NCBI GenBank assembly: GCA_965246715.1 | Contig: CBDFFH010000055.1 | Span: forward strand, 64,001 to 128,000 | Length of the DNA: 64,000 nucleotides | Direction: 5' to 3' | DNA from: Chamaesiphon sp. | GTDB lineage: Bacteria; Cyanobacteriota; Cyanobacteriia; Cyanobacteriales; Chamaesiphonaceae | Shown here: in pieces, positions 23,920 to 32,876 of the stretch | Layout: the number at the start of each line of letters is the position of its first letter | How positions within the stretch are numbered: position 1 is the stretch's first letter | Made by a program: the position numbers and the translations under genes | The notes under the pieces: generated by a model | Told to the model about the DNA's origin: nothing | Database searches by the model: none | The model's input: the letters and a program-made list of their open reading frames with translations, nothing else

Positions 23920-24130
23920 AAAAGTTCCTAGTATTAAATACATAGCCGCTTGCTTTTTATGAGCGAGTAACTTACTTAATTGACTTGTTAGCCAGCTTCA
24001 GCGCAGGTATAAAACTTCAGCGTAGCTAGGCTCGATCCTCCGTATTACCGAATATTTTTGCGAAAGATCGCTTTAACTACTTGACTCGATCGACGATCTG
24101 GGCTAATATCGGAGATGTGCAAAAAATCAG

Positions 24131-24203
24131 GGACAGTTAGCTCAGTTGGTAGAGCTCCTGCCTTACAAGCAGGCTGTCACAGGTTCGAGTCCTGTACTGT
24201 CCA
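24131..24203 (+). tRNA. trnV: tRNA-Val (anticodon TAC)
   Basis: Acceptor stem GGACAGT/ACTGTCC, D arm GCTC..GAGC, anticodon arm CCTGC-CTTACAA-GCAGG, T arm ACAGG-TTCGAGT-CCTGT; CCA not encoded. Confidence 0.96.
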
Positions 24204-24226
24204 TTCTAATTTTAAATATTTATACA

Positions 24227-24263
24227 TCGAGAGTAGAGTCCAGTTATGGTTCTTTACTCTCGA
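24227..24263 (+). terminator. Stem-loop downstream of tRNA-Val
   Basis: TCGAGAGTAGAG...CTTTACTCTCGA followed by T-rich sequence. Confidence 0.55.
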
Positions 24264-24384
24264 TTTAGTTATTTTAGGGTCGATTACGATACCAGGCAAC
24301 CATTGCTGCATCATCGAGCCTCGCAGGTAGCTTACACTGCGCGACTGTCAACCTAGCAAGGTGGATCGCGACGACGATCTCGAT

Positions 24385-24792
24385 TCAACCGATCGGCGTT
24401 AAATTAGTACTGGGAATTGCTAAACTTACTAAATGTTCGATTTGGCGAAGGCTCTGATCCCCAGCGAGATAGCCAATGCCGCGATGTAAATGCAGCCGAA
24501 ATTGCTGAGATAAAATTTCTGGGGTAGTACCCAAACCATCCCGCTCGCAGCGTTGCTTGAGCGCAAGGCTCAAAATATCCGCAAGCTCGCCACCAAATAC
24601 GCGCCAAGTCATCTCCAAATTACTATCAGCCGGAATCGGGATGACAGATGGGGGTGCGGGTTCGGCTAACGATCGACACAATGCCCAGCGACACAGAATA
24701 TTCCACTGGTCGATTTTAGTGGTGCGTTTGAGCTTGACGAGTTGGTCTTTGGCTGTTTGTGACAGTTTAATGTTATTAACAGGTGCTTCCAT
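24385..24792 (-). CDS. dndE: DNA phosphorothioation protein DndE
   Basis: IKLSQTAKDQLVKLKR.TKI.QWNILCRWA.C.SLAE, EMTW..FGG and F.LHLHRGI.YL motifs; ATG 24792. Confidence 0.85.
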   Translation of the reverse strand: MEAPVNNIKLSQTAKDQLVKLKRTTKIDQWNILCRWALCRSLAEPAPPSVIPIPADSNLEMTWRVFGGELADILSLALKQRCERDGLGTTPEILSQQFRLHLHRGIGYLAGDQSLRQIEHLVSLAIPSTNLTPIG

Positions 24793-24967
24793 AATATAGT
24801 TATTTGTTATTCGTCTACTCCGAACGGCTGCCCACACTTACTACTATTTTGCTTACTCTCCCGCACTCTTATTCCTCTCTGTGGGGTGCCCCACGATCGG
24901 CAGGATGCGCGGAGCATCAGGATGAGTTCCTGAGTTCCAGGTTTGCTATCCCCTATTCCCTAATCTT

Positions 24968-25993
24968 ATGTCTACCGTTCAACGTAAAGCCGAACACATT
25001 CGGATCTGTTTAGAATCAGATGTCCAGTTTCAGACTCAGCGGAGTGGTTTCGATAGCTATCAGTTTACCCATAGTTGTCTGCCCGAACTAGACTACCAGG
25101 AGATCGATATTACTACCAAGTTACTCGGCAAGCAGCTGGGCGCGCCAATTTTGATTTCCTCAATGACTGGGGGCACAGCGCAAGCTAGAGCGATCAATCA
25201 TCGCCTGGCGGAAGTAGCCCAGACTTACAAACTGGCAATGGGAGTCGGCTCCCAGCGAGTAGCCATCGAACGTCCCGATGTAGCCGATACTTTTCAAGTT
25301 CGCCAGATCGCGCCAGACATTTTATTATTAGCCAACCTCGGTGCCGTACAACTTAATTACAAATATGGGATCGAGCAGTGTCGGCGTGCGGTAGATTTGC
25401 TCGAAGCTGACGCTTTGATCTTACATCTCAATCCGCTGCAAGAGTGCATCCAGCCTCAAGGTGATACTAATTTTAAGGGATTGCTCGATCGGATTGCGAT
25501 GGTTTGCGAGCAGTTACCCGTCCCAGTGATCGTCAAGGAAGTCGGGAATGGGATTTCCGCATCGATGGCAAAACAATTAATCGCAGCAGGAGTCGGTGGT
25601 ATCGACGTTGCAGGGGCTGGTGGTACTTCCTGGGCAAAGGTCGAGAGCGAACGCGCTCAGACAGCCCTACAGCGGCGGCTGGGTGAAACTTTTGCTGACT
25701 GGGGGATTCCAACTGCCGAGTGTATCGTAGCAATTGGGCAGATCGCCCCAACTTTACCTTCGATCGCTTCAGGAGGATTGCGGAATGGCTTGGATATCGC
25801 CAAAGCGATCGCGCTGGGAGCCAACGTCGGCGGTTTAGCATTACCGTTTTTGCAAGCTGCGGATATTTCTACCGCAGCGGTAGATGAGTTGGCGCAAATT
25901 TTGATGGCAGAAATCCGCACAGTGCTATTTTGTACGGGAAATGTTAATTTAACAGCGTTAAGTCAAGCTAATTGTCTCCAGCGGTTGCGGTAG
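24968..25993 (+). CDS. fni: Type 2 isopentenyl-diphosphate delta-isomerase
   Basis: [44 protein letters not shown]. Confidence 0.95.
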   Translation: MSTVQRKAEHIRICLESDVQFQTQRSGFDSYQFTHSCLPELDYQEIDITTKLLGKQLGAPILISSMTGGTAQARAINHRLAEVAQTYKLAMGVGSQRVAIERPDVADTFQVRQIAPDILLLANLGAVQLNYKYGIEQCRRAVDLLEADALILHLNPLQECIQPQGDTNFKGLLDRIAMVCEQLPVPVIVKEVGNGISASMAKQLIAAGVGGIDVAGAGGTSWAKVESERAQTALQRRLGETFADWGIPTAECIVAIGQIAPTLPSIASGGLRNGLDIAKAIALGANVGGLALPFLQAADISTAAVDELAQILMAEIRTVLFCTGNVNLTALSQANCLQRLR

Positions 25994-26216
25994 CTTTAGG
26001 AGATCGCCAATAACGAGTAGGATCGAGAGCTAAATTTGGGCATAATTAAGAATATTACTCCCAATCTAATCGATTGGTTCCGATCTCGGAAGCCAGCTTG
26101 TTGTTAGATATGTTACCAGTAAGTTGTAACTAGCAAGCTCGGAATTCAGTAGTAACATTGCTCGCTCTTTAAATCGCAAACTTCCGAATACTCCTCACAC
26201 TTTCTCCAGCTGCTTT

Positions 26217-28025
26217 ATGCGTCAATTTATCAAACAAACTTTAGCTAGTACCATCGGCAGTCTACTGAGTTTGACTTTGTTTTCCGCAATCTCCCTGACT
26301 TTATTTCTCACGATAATTGGGGCGATAATTAATAGTGCGACCGATAACGATCCAGTGGCGATCGCCGATAAAACAGTCTTAACGATCGATTTATCCCGAT
26401 CGATTGTCGATCTCGATCCTGGTAAAACATTGCAAGAAGCGATTGCTGGTGAAGCCAATCGCACGACCGAATTGAAGTCGGCACTCAATGCGATCGATGC
26501 CGCAGCTCAAGACAAACATATCGTGGCGATTTATCTAAATGGCAGTAATGGCAAACTCAGCGGTACTGGGTTTGCGACGCTCAAGGAAGTCCGCAATGCA
26601 TTGGAACGCTTTCGAGCTACTGGCAAAAAAATTATTGCCTACAATGTCGATATGGATAAGCGCGATTATTATCTGTCATCGGTTGCCGATCGAATTTTAA
26701 TCAATCCGATGGGTTCTGTCGATATCAATGGCTTTCGATCGGAGACGATGTTTTTTAAAAATGCTTTTAATAAATATGGTGTCGGTGTAGAAGTCGTCCG
26801 GGTCGGTAAATACAAATCTTTTGGTGAAACTTGGTCGTTAGATAAATTTAGCCCTGCGGCTCGCCAAGAAACTCAACAGTTATTAGATAACTTGTGGGGT
26901 GATTTTAAATCAGTTATTGGTAAAAGTCGTAAGATCGCACCAGAGGCAATCCAAAAAATCGCTGACGATCGTGGTATTTTGACTGCCGCCCAGTCTATTA
27001 AAACTAGCCTGATCGATCGAGCGGTTTATCCCGATGAAGTATTAGTCGAGCTTAAGAAAATTAGTGCTGAAGATGCTAAAGATAAAACTTCATTTCGCCA
27101 GATCGGTATCGATGATTATGCAGAAATAGCAAATAAAGCTCAAAAAACCTCCAGCCGTAAAATTGCCGTCCTTTACGCTCAAGGTAATATTGTTAACGGT
27201 GAAGGTGCCCCCGGCCAAATTGGGGGCGATAGCTTTGCACGGCAACTGCGAGAGCTGCGTGCCGACAAAAATACTAAAGCAGTTGTATTGCGAGTGAATA
27301 GCCCTGGTGGCAGCGCACTAGCTTCCGATATCATCCAACGCGAAGTGCGGTTATTACAAAAAGAAAAGCCTGTTGTAATTTCGATGGGCGATGTCGCAGC
27401 TTCTGGCGGTTATTGGATTTCCACTTATTCTAATAGAATCTTTGCCGAGCCGAATACGATTACCGGATCGATCGGCGTAATTGGGATTAATTTTAATTAT
27501 CAGAAACTAGCTAATAATAATGGCATTACTTGGGATGTCGTCAAAACATCAAAATTAGCCGACAGTACCACCGTTGCGCGGCCGCGTACGCCGCAAGAAT
27601 TAGCAATCTCGCAACAAATAGTCGATGATATTTATGATGATTTCCTAAATAAAGTATCAGAATCGCGGAAACTACCCAAACAAAAAGTTGCCGAAATCGC
27701 CCAAGGACGAGTGTGGTCGGGTACTGATGCAAAAAAAATTGGTTTGGTAGACGAGCTGGGCGGACTCAATGAGGCGATCTCCTATGCCGCCCAAACAGCT
27801 AAGCTAGATAAAGATTGGCAGTTAGAAGAATATCCAGTAATTGAAGGCTGGGAAGAAAAATTACTCAAGCAATTTGCCGGTAGTAAAGAAGCTCATCTCG
27901 CCCAAAGTCAAGATCCATTGTCAGCAGAATTACTCAAACTAAAATCCGAACTCAGTATTTTAAAAAGCTTTAACGATCCGCACAATGTCTATGTCCGGTT
28001 ACCATTTAACTTCAAATTAGACTAG
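26217..28025 (+). CDS. sppA: Signal peptide peptidase SppA (long form)
   Basis: RVGKYKS, LRVNSPGGSA, SMGDVAASGGY, TGSIGV, AQGRVWSG. Confidence 0.95.
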   Translation: MRQFIKQTLASTIGSLLSLTLFSAISLTLFLTIIGAIINSATDNDPVAIADKTVLTIDLSRSIVDLDPGKTLQEAIAGEANRTTELKSALNAIDAAAQDKHIVAIYLNGSNGKLSGTGFATLKEVRNALERFRATGKKIIAYNVDMDKRDYYLSSVADRILINPMGSVDINGFRSETMFFKNAFNKYGVGVEVVRVGKYKSFGETWSLDKFSPAARQETQQLLDNLWGDFKSVIGKSRKIAPEAIQKIADDRGILTAAQSIKTSLIDRAVYPDEVLVELKKISAEDAKDKTSFRQIGIDDYAEIANKAQKTSSRKIAVLYAQGNIVNGEGAPGQIGGDSFARQLRELRADKNTKAVVLRVNSPGGSALASDIIQREVRLLQKEKPVVISMGDVAASGGYWISTYSNRIFAEPNTITGSIGVIGINFNYQKLANNNGITWDVVKTSKLADSTTVARPRTPQELAISQQIVDDIYDDFLNKVSESRKLPKQKVAEIAQGRVWSGTDAKKIGLVDELGGLNEAISYAAQTAKLDKDWQLEEYPVIEGWEEKLLKQFAGSKEAHLAQSQDPLSAELLKLKSELSILKSFNDPHNVYVRLPFNFKLD

Positions 28026-28309
28026 CACAATCTGCGGCATTGCCAACTCTGAGGATGAAATTATCGGGGTAATCACAAGGCTTACCTTAAGATGATGATT
28101 TCAAAGGTGTGCCACACGGATTATTTGCGACGCACAAGGAGCGCTTAACCACCGATCTATTAACGTTCTTGAAACAGTAAGCTAACGCACTACATTATCG
28201 CGATCGGGGTGTTAGAATGCGGTCGAGATCTATCGATCGACAGATTTGCGCTGCTGAAAATTTACGCTAGGATGCGCGAGTAACCCCCTACCCAGTGATA
28301 TAGCCAAAA

Positions 28310-30589
28310 ATGGATACCAACCCACCAGCCAAGCCTCCCTTTCATGAAACTAATGAGGATACGCCCGAAATCGGTGGTGGATTACCGGTAATCGAGTATT
28401 GGGCAGAGCATACCATCGCCCCAGAAGGGCCGAAGATCTGGAAAACATTGTTTCATCACAGTGCCTGTCTGTCTTGCTCGTGGGGCACAGGGGGACAAAA
28501 GGGTGGTTTTACGAATGAAGAAGGCGAAAAGCTGCAACGCTGTATGAAAAGCGTTGAGGCAATTACCGCCGAAATTCAGCCGCCAGTATCCAGGCAATTT
28601 TTCGATACCAATCCGATCGCGAGATTACAACAATTATCTTCGTATGAAGCCGATCGGTTGGGGCGGTGGAGCTATCCAGTCATCATGCGGGCGGGGAGTT
28701 CGCATTACGAGCGGATTTCCTGGGATGAGATCTATGCGATCGCAACTGCGGCATTTCAGAAACCAGCAGAGCGAGTAGCGTCATATAGTTCGGGGCGTGG
28801 CTCTAATGAAGCCGCATTTTTGCTGCAATTAATGATGCGTACGCTCGGTTCTAATAATTTGGCAGATTGTTCGGATTTATGTCACGCACCTTCGACAACG
28901 GCACTCGATGGGATGTTTGGGACGAAAACCTCGATCGTCAGTCTGGAAAGTCTGAAGGAAGCTGATTGTGTCGTGTTAGCGGGAGCGCATTCGGCATCAA
29001 ATCACCCCCGCTTGATGAATGAATTGATCAAAATTCGGGATAAAGGTGGCAAAATCATCGTTATCAATCCCGTGATGGAAATTGGGTTGGTGAAATTTGG
29101 TTCGCCCGCCTTCCCTGTCAAATCATTGGTACCGGGGTCGAAAATTGCCGACCTTTACCTGCAACCAATTCCTGGTAGCGATGTCGCATTATTTATCGGG
29201 ATTCAAAAGGCATTACTCGAACAGGGACATGTCGATCGAGACTTCTTGCAAGCGCATACTGAAGACTGGGAAGCAGTGCTAGAACAGGCACGATCGATGT
29301 CTTGGGAGACGATCGTTGCTACCTGTGGCGTATCCAAATTAGACATCGAAACCGCCGCCCGGATCATCGGGAAAGCCAAAGGCGTAGTCTTCGGCTGGGC
29401 CATGGGTCTGACCCAACATACTAACGGTGTCGATAATGTCTATAGTATCGTCAACACCGCTCTTATCAGTGGCAATGTTGGAAAAATGGGCGCTGGCGTG
29501 ATGCCAGTACGTGGACATTCCAACGTCCAAGGCTTTGGCTCGATGGGAGTCACAGTGAAGCTAAAAGCCGAGATTAAAGAGGCATTGGAGCGGCTGTTAG
29601 GGCGTTCGCTCGCATTACCAGAGGGGTATCATACCCGCGACCTGATCGAAGCCGCCGAAGCGGGGAAGGTCGATAGTCTGATTTGCGTTGGCGGCAATCT
29701 GTATGGAGCCAATCCCGATTCCGGTCAAGCAAAACGTGCATTAGCGCAGATCGATACGATTATCTACCTCGCCACCAAACCAAACATCGGTCACTTCAAT
29801 GGCTTGGCAAAAACTAATACGATCGTCATTCCCGTCCTCAATCGGTTTGAAAATCCCTTTAAAACCACCGTCGAATCGGGCAATAACTTCGTGCGGTTTA
29901 ATGATAAAGGTGAAACTCACCTCAAAGATAGCGATTTAATCACCGAGATCGAATTTTTGACCCAACTGGCACATCGCCTACTGGGGAACACCCCGATCGA
30001 TTGGCGCAAATTAGGCGATCCGCGCTACGTCCGCGAACTCATCGCCCGCACCATCCCAGGTTATGAAAAAATTGGATCGATCGACGAAACCAACGAAGAA
30101 TTTACCATCTCTGGGCGAATCTTGACCGCACCCTACTTCAAAACACCATCGGGCAAGGCAAAGATGTACACGACACCATTGCCGAACTTGACTCTCCCCA
30201 CCGCGACAGACTTTGGCATCGACGCAAATACTAAGAGTATCGTGCTGGCGCTGATGACCGGACGGAGCTATTCGCAACACAATACCGTCGTTTACAAAAT
30301 TGGCGACCAGTATCGCGGCATGCCACATCGTAACTGTATTTTGATGAACCGGATCGATGCTGAAAAGATCGGTTTAGCAGAACACGATCGTGTGACGGTA
30401 CAAGGCGATGCGGACAAATTAGTTAATGTCGAAGTCATCTATGGTGCCGTGCGGGAAGGGGCAGCACTGATGTTCTATCCTGAAGTAAATGTTATCTTCA
30501 CGGCACAAACGGAAAAGCGCTCGGGTACGCCAGCTTATAAGCGGGTGCCTGTGGTAGTTTATAGCGACAAGCAAGCTGTCATGGCTTGA
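28310..30589 (+). CDS. FdhF/YdeP-family molybdopterin oxidoreductase
   Basis: YSSGR.SNE, NNLADCSDLCH, NHPR, WAMGLTQH, PVRGHSNVQG, RSYSQHNT, MFYPEVN. Confidence 0.88.
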   Translation: MDTNPPAKPPFHETNEDTPEIGGGLPVIEYWAEHTIAPEGPKIWKTLFHHSACLSCSWGTGGQKGGFTNEEGEKLQRCMKSVEAITAEIQPPVSRQFFDTNPIARLQQLSSYEADRLGRWSYPVIMRAGSSHYERISWDEIYAIATAAFQKPAERVASYSSGRGSNEAAFLLQLMMRTLGSNNLADCSDLCHAPSTTALDGMFGTKTSIVSLESLKEADCVVLAGAHSASNHPRLMNELIKIRDKGGKIIVINPVMEIGLVKFGSPAFPVKSLVPGSKIADLYLQPIPGSDVALFIGIQKALLEQGHVDRDFLQAHTEDWEAVLEQARSMSWETIVATCGVSKLDIETAARIIGKAKGVVFGWAMGLTQHTNGVDNVYSIVNTALISGNVGKMGAGVMPVRGHSNVQGFGSMGVTVKLKAEIKEALERLLGRSLALPEGYHTRDLIEAAEAGKVDSLICVGGNLYGANPDSGQAKRALAQIDTIIYLATKPNIGHFNGLAKTNTIVIPVLNRFENPFKTTVESGNNFVRFNDKGETHLKDSDLITEIEFLTQLAHRLLGNTPIDWRKLGDPRYVRELIARTIPGYEKIGSIDETNEEFTISGRILTAPYFKTPSGKAKMYTTPLPNLTLPTATDFGIDANTKSIVLALMTGRSYSQHNTVVYKIGDQYRGMPHRNCILMNRIDAEKIGLAEHDRVTVQGDADKLVNVEVIYGAVREGAALMFYPEVNVIFTAQTEKRSGTPAYKRVPVVVYSDKQAVMA

Positions 30590-30704
30590 CGATCGAATGA
30601 CCCGACAATTGACGGAGCGAAAACGGCGTTGCTAAATTGCGGGATGAATCGCCTCTTCCCTAAATTTCCTGAGATGGCGGCGGTTGGTCAAGATAAAAAC
30701 AATA

Positions 30705-31316
30705 TCAACTTAAGTTACCGACTTTCGCTGGAATTGACATCAGGAAATTCCGCAGTAACTGCTTGCCAGAATTAGTTAAAATACTTTCAGGATGAAATTG
30801 TACCCCTTCAACATGCGGATAATCGCGATGGCGCACGCCCATAATCGTGCCATCTTCGACCCAGGCATTGATTTCCAAACAATTGGGGAATGTGGCTCGA
30901 TCGATAACGAGACTATGATAGCGAGTAGCTGTAAACGGATTGTCTAAACCCTGAAATACTCCCGTACCATTGTGGTAAATTTCCGAAGTTTTACCGTGCA
31001 TTAATAGCGGTGCGGCAATGACATCGCCACCAAATACTTGACCGATACTTTGATGTCCCAAGCATACCCCTAAAATTGGGTACTCAACACCCAATTCTCT
31101 AATTATCGACAGTGTAATCCCGGCATCTTCAGGGCGACCGGGGCCAGGAGAAATCAAGATCCCATCGGGACGAAGCTCGACGATCTCTGCTAGGGTAATT
31201 TTGTCGTTGCGATAAACGCGGATATCTGCGGCGACGGGTAATTCCCGTCCGAGTTCGCCCAAATATTGGACGAGATTGTAAGTAAAACTGTCGTAATTAT
31301 CGATAACTAAAATCAT
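30705..31316 (-). CDS. trpG: Anthranilate/aminodeoxychorismate synthase glutamine amidotransferase subunit
   Basis: [38 protein letters not shown]. trpG versus pabA cannot be separated. Confidence 0.92.
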   Translation of the reverse strand: MILVIDNYDSFTYNLVQYLGELGRELPVAADIRVYRNDKITLAEIVELRPDGILISPGPGRPEDAGITLSIIRELGVEYPILGVCLGHQSIGQVFGGDVIAAPLLMHGKTSEIYHNGTGVFQGLDNPFTATRYHSLVIDRATFPNCLEINAWVEDGTIMGVRHRDYPHVEGVQFHPESILTNSGKQLLRNFLMSIPAKVGNLS

Positions 31317-31436
31317 TTGCCACACCATCCCGACTCGTCTCCAGTGTAACAGGATTGTCGAGCCAACGAGTAATCGAGATGGTTGGGTATTTCCTACAAT
31401 TCATGGATGAGTGGGTATAAGAAATCGACTCTTTGT

Positions 31437-31946
31437 CTAACCACCAAAACCAAAATGGCTCAAAAATAACATCGCTTTGGGGGCGATGAGACAGAAACCG
31501 ACGAGTACCGAAGCAAAAGCCGAAATTAGTACGGCTCCTGCTGCACAGTCTTTGGCGATCTTTGCCAACTCGTGATAGGTTTGTTGGACGGTCAAATCGA
31601 CAACCGACTCGATCGCGGTATTTAATAATTCTAGAGTCAAAACTAATCCGCTAGTAATACAAATTACGGCCATTTCCACGCCAGTAAGTTGTAAAAGAGC
31701 ACCGATAGTAATCGCTAGAGTGCCCATGATGCAGTGAATCCGGAAGTTACGTTGCGTGTTAAACGCATAGGTCACACCCGCAGCAGCGTATTTGAAACTC
31801 ACGCCAATACTCGTTGCTACTTGCCAAGCTTGAGCGCGATGTTGAGGATTGCGTTCCAATTGTGGCATCAACGGACTTGATATTTTGCCAGTCATATTTG
31901 GTTGACGACTCTTAATATTGGGAGATTCGTTTAGTTTAGTCTGCAT
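31437..31946 (-). CDS. dgkA: Diacylglycerol/undecaprenol kinase family
   Basis: SFKYA..G...QRNFRIH, LELLNTAIESVVDL, AKIAKDCAAGAVL. Confidence 0.9.
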   Translation of the reverse strand: MQTKLNESPNIKSRQPNMTGKISSPLMPQLERNPQHRAQAWQVATSIGVSFKYAAAGVTYAFNTQRNFRIHCIMGTLAITIGALLQLTGVEMAVICITSGLVLTLELLNTAIESVVDLTVQQTYHELAKIAKDCAAGAVLISAFASVLVGFCLIAPKAMLFLSHFGFGG

Positions 31947-32015
31947 ACACAGTTTATTCCTACAGGAAAAACAATTATTTATTGGCTGGGCAGCTCACAC
32001 TTATGGCTGAACGAC

Positions 32016-32513
32016 TCATACCTCTAAAGGTAATAAGATCTCTAGACCGATCCGTGTGAGGAATGTTTCTTGTTGATGCAACATCTCGAGCAGACTTGGT
32101 TCGTCGGGATGATCCCATCCCAACAGGTGGAGCAATCCATGACTGGCTAACCACGCGAGTTCCCTAGTTAAAGAATACCCACGTTCGATCGATTGCCTAG
32201 CAGCAGTATCGACAGAAATTACAATATCACCAAGGTATAGTGATGTCTCACCAGAATTTTCCTCGATTTGGGGGAAGTCAACTTCCATTGCCGCAAATGA
32301 CAATACATCTGTCGGTTGGTCTTTGTGGCGAAATTGAGCGTTTAAAGCCTGGACTTCGACATCTGTCGTCAGCCTGAGACTTAGTTCGTAAGCTGCTGCT
32401 GGCGGTAAATTCAATCCTGGCGTTTGCAGCCAATTTTCAAACCACTCCACCCAAGTAGCTTCTGTGACTACACTGGGTTGATATAGATCTTGAACGATAA
32501 GTTCTAGGTTCAT
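32016..32513 (-). CDS. ybeY: rRNA maturation endoribonuclease YbeY
   Basis: PTDVLSF, LGDIVIS, HGLLHLLGWDH. Confidence 0.95.
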   Translation of the reverse strand: MNLELIVQDLYQPSVVTEATWVEWFENWLQTPGLNLPPAAAYELSLRLTTDVEVQALNAQFRHKDQPTDVLSFAAMEVDFPQIEENSGETSLYLGDIVISVDTAARQSIERGYSLTRELAWLASHGLLHLLGWDHPDEPSLLEMLHQQETFLTRIGLEILLPLEV

Positions 32514-32522
32514 CTAGATGAG

Positions 32523-32550
32523 TAGGAATTAGGGTTTAGGGATTAGGTAC
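32523..32550. repeat. Degenerate heptamer tandem repeat (TAGGNNN x4)
   Basis: TAGGAAT TAGGGTT TAGGGAT TAGGTAC. Confidence 0.45.
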
Positions 32551-32588
32551 TAGATCGAAATCGAATACCTAAGAGCGAAAATACCTAC

Positions 32589-32795
32589 TTATCGTGTTAA
32601 ATAAGCTAAGCCGATAAAGAGTGACAATAAGCCGATCGCACTCAGAGCAAAGTGTTTGAGCGATTTACCGCCTTTTTTTACCATGTTTTTCATGGCATAT
32701 TTGACGTACTTTTCTTTCATTTCTTCTGGAGTGGGCGGAGTCTCCGCTACTACCATTGGATCGACGGTCGGCGTTTCTACTTGTGTATCACTCAT
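32589..32795 (-). CDS. DUF3285-like small membrane protein
   Basis: YVKYAMKNMVKKG..SLKHF.LS..GLL...IGLAYLTR; typical position upstream of ybeY. Confidence 0.8.
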   Translation of the reverse strand: MSDTQVETPTVDPMVVAETPPTPEEMKEKYVKYAMKNMVKKGGKSLKHFALSAIGLLSLFIGLAYLTR

Positions 32796-32876
32796 GGTGG
32801 CGATCGCTATAAAAGATTTATGTAAATTTAGTTTATTTAATCTTATAATATCAATTCTTCACGATCTGTAACGATT

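Noticed and set aside
24115..24330. 71-aa ORF
   Set aside because: Overlaps the tRNA-Val gene.
24131..24400. tRNA-anchored genomic island
   Set aside because: No integrase and no duplicated tRNA 3' end seen in the window.
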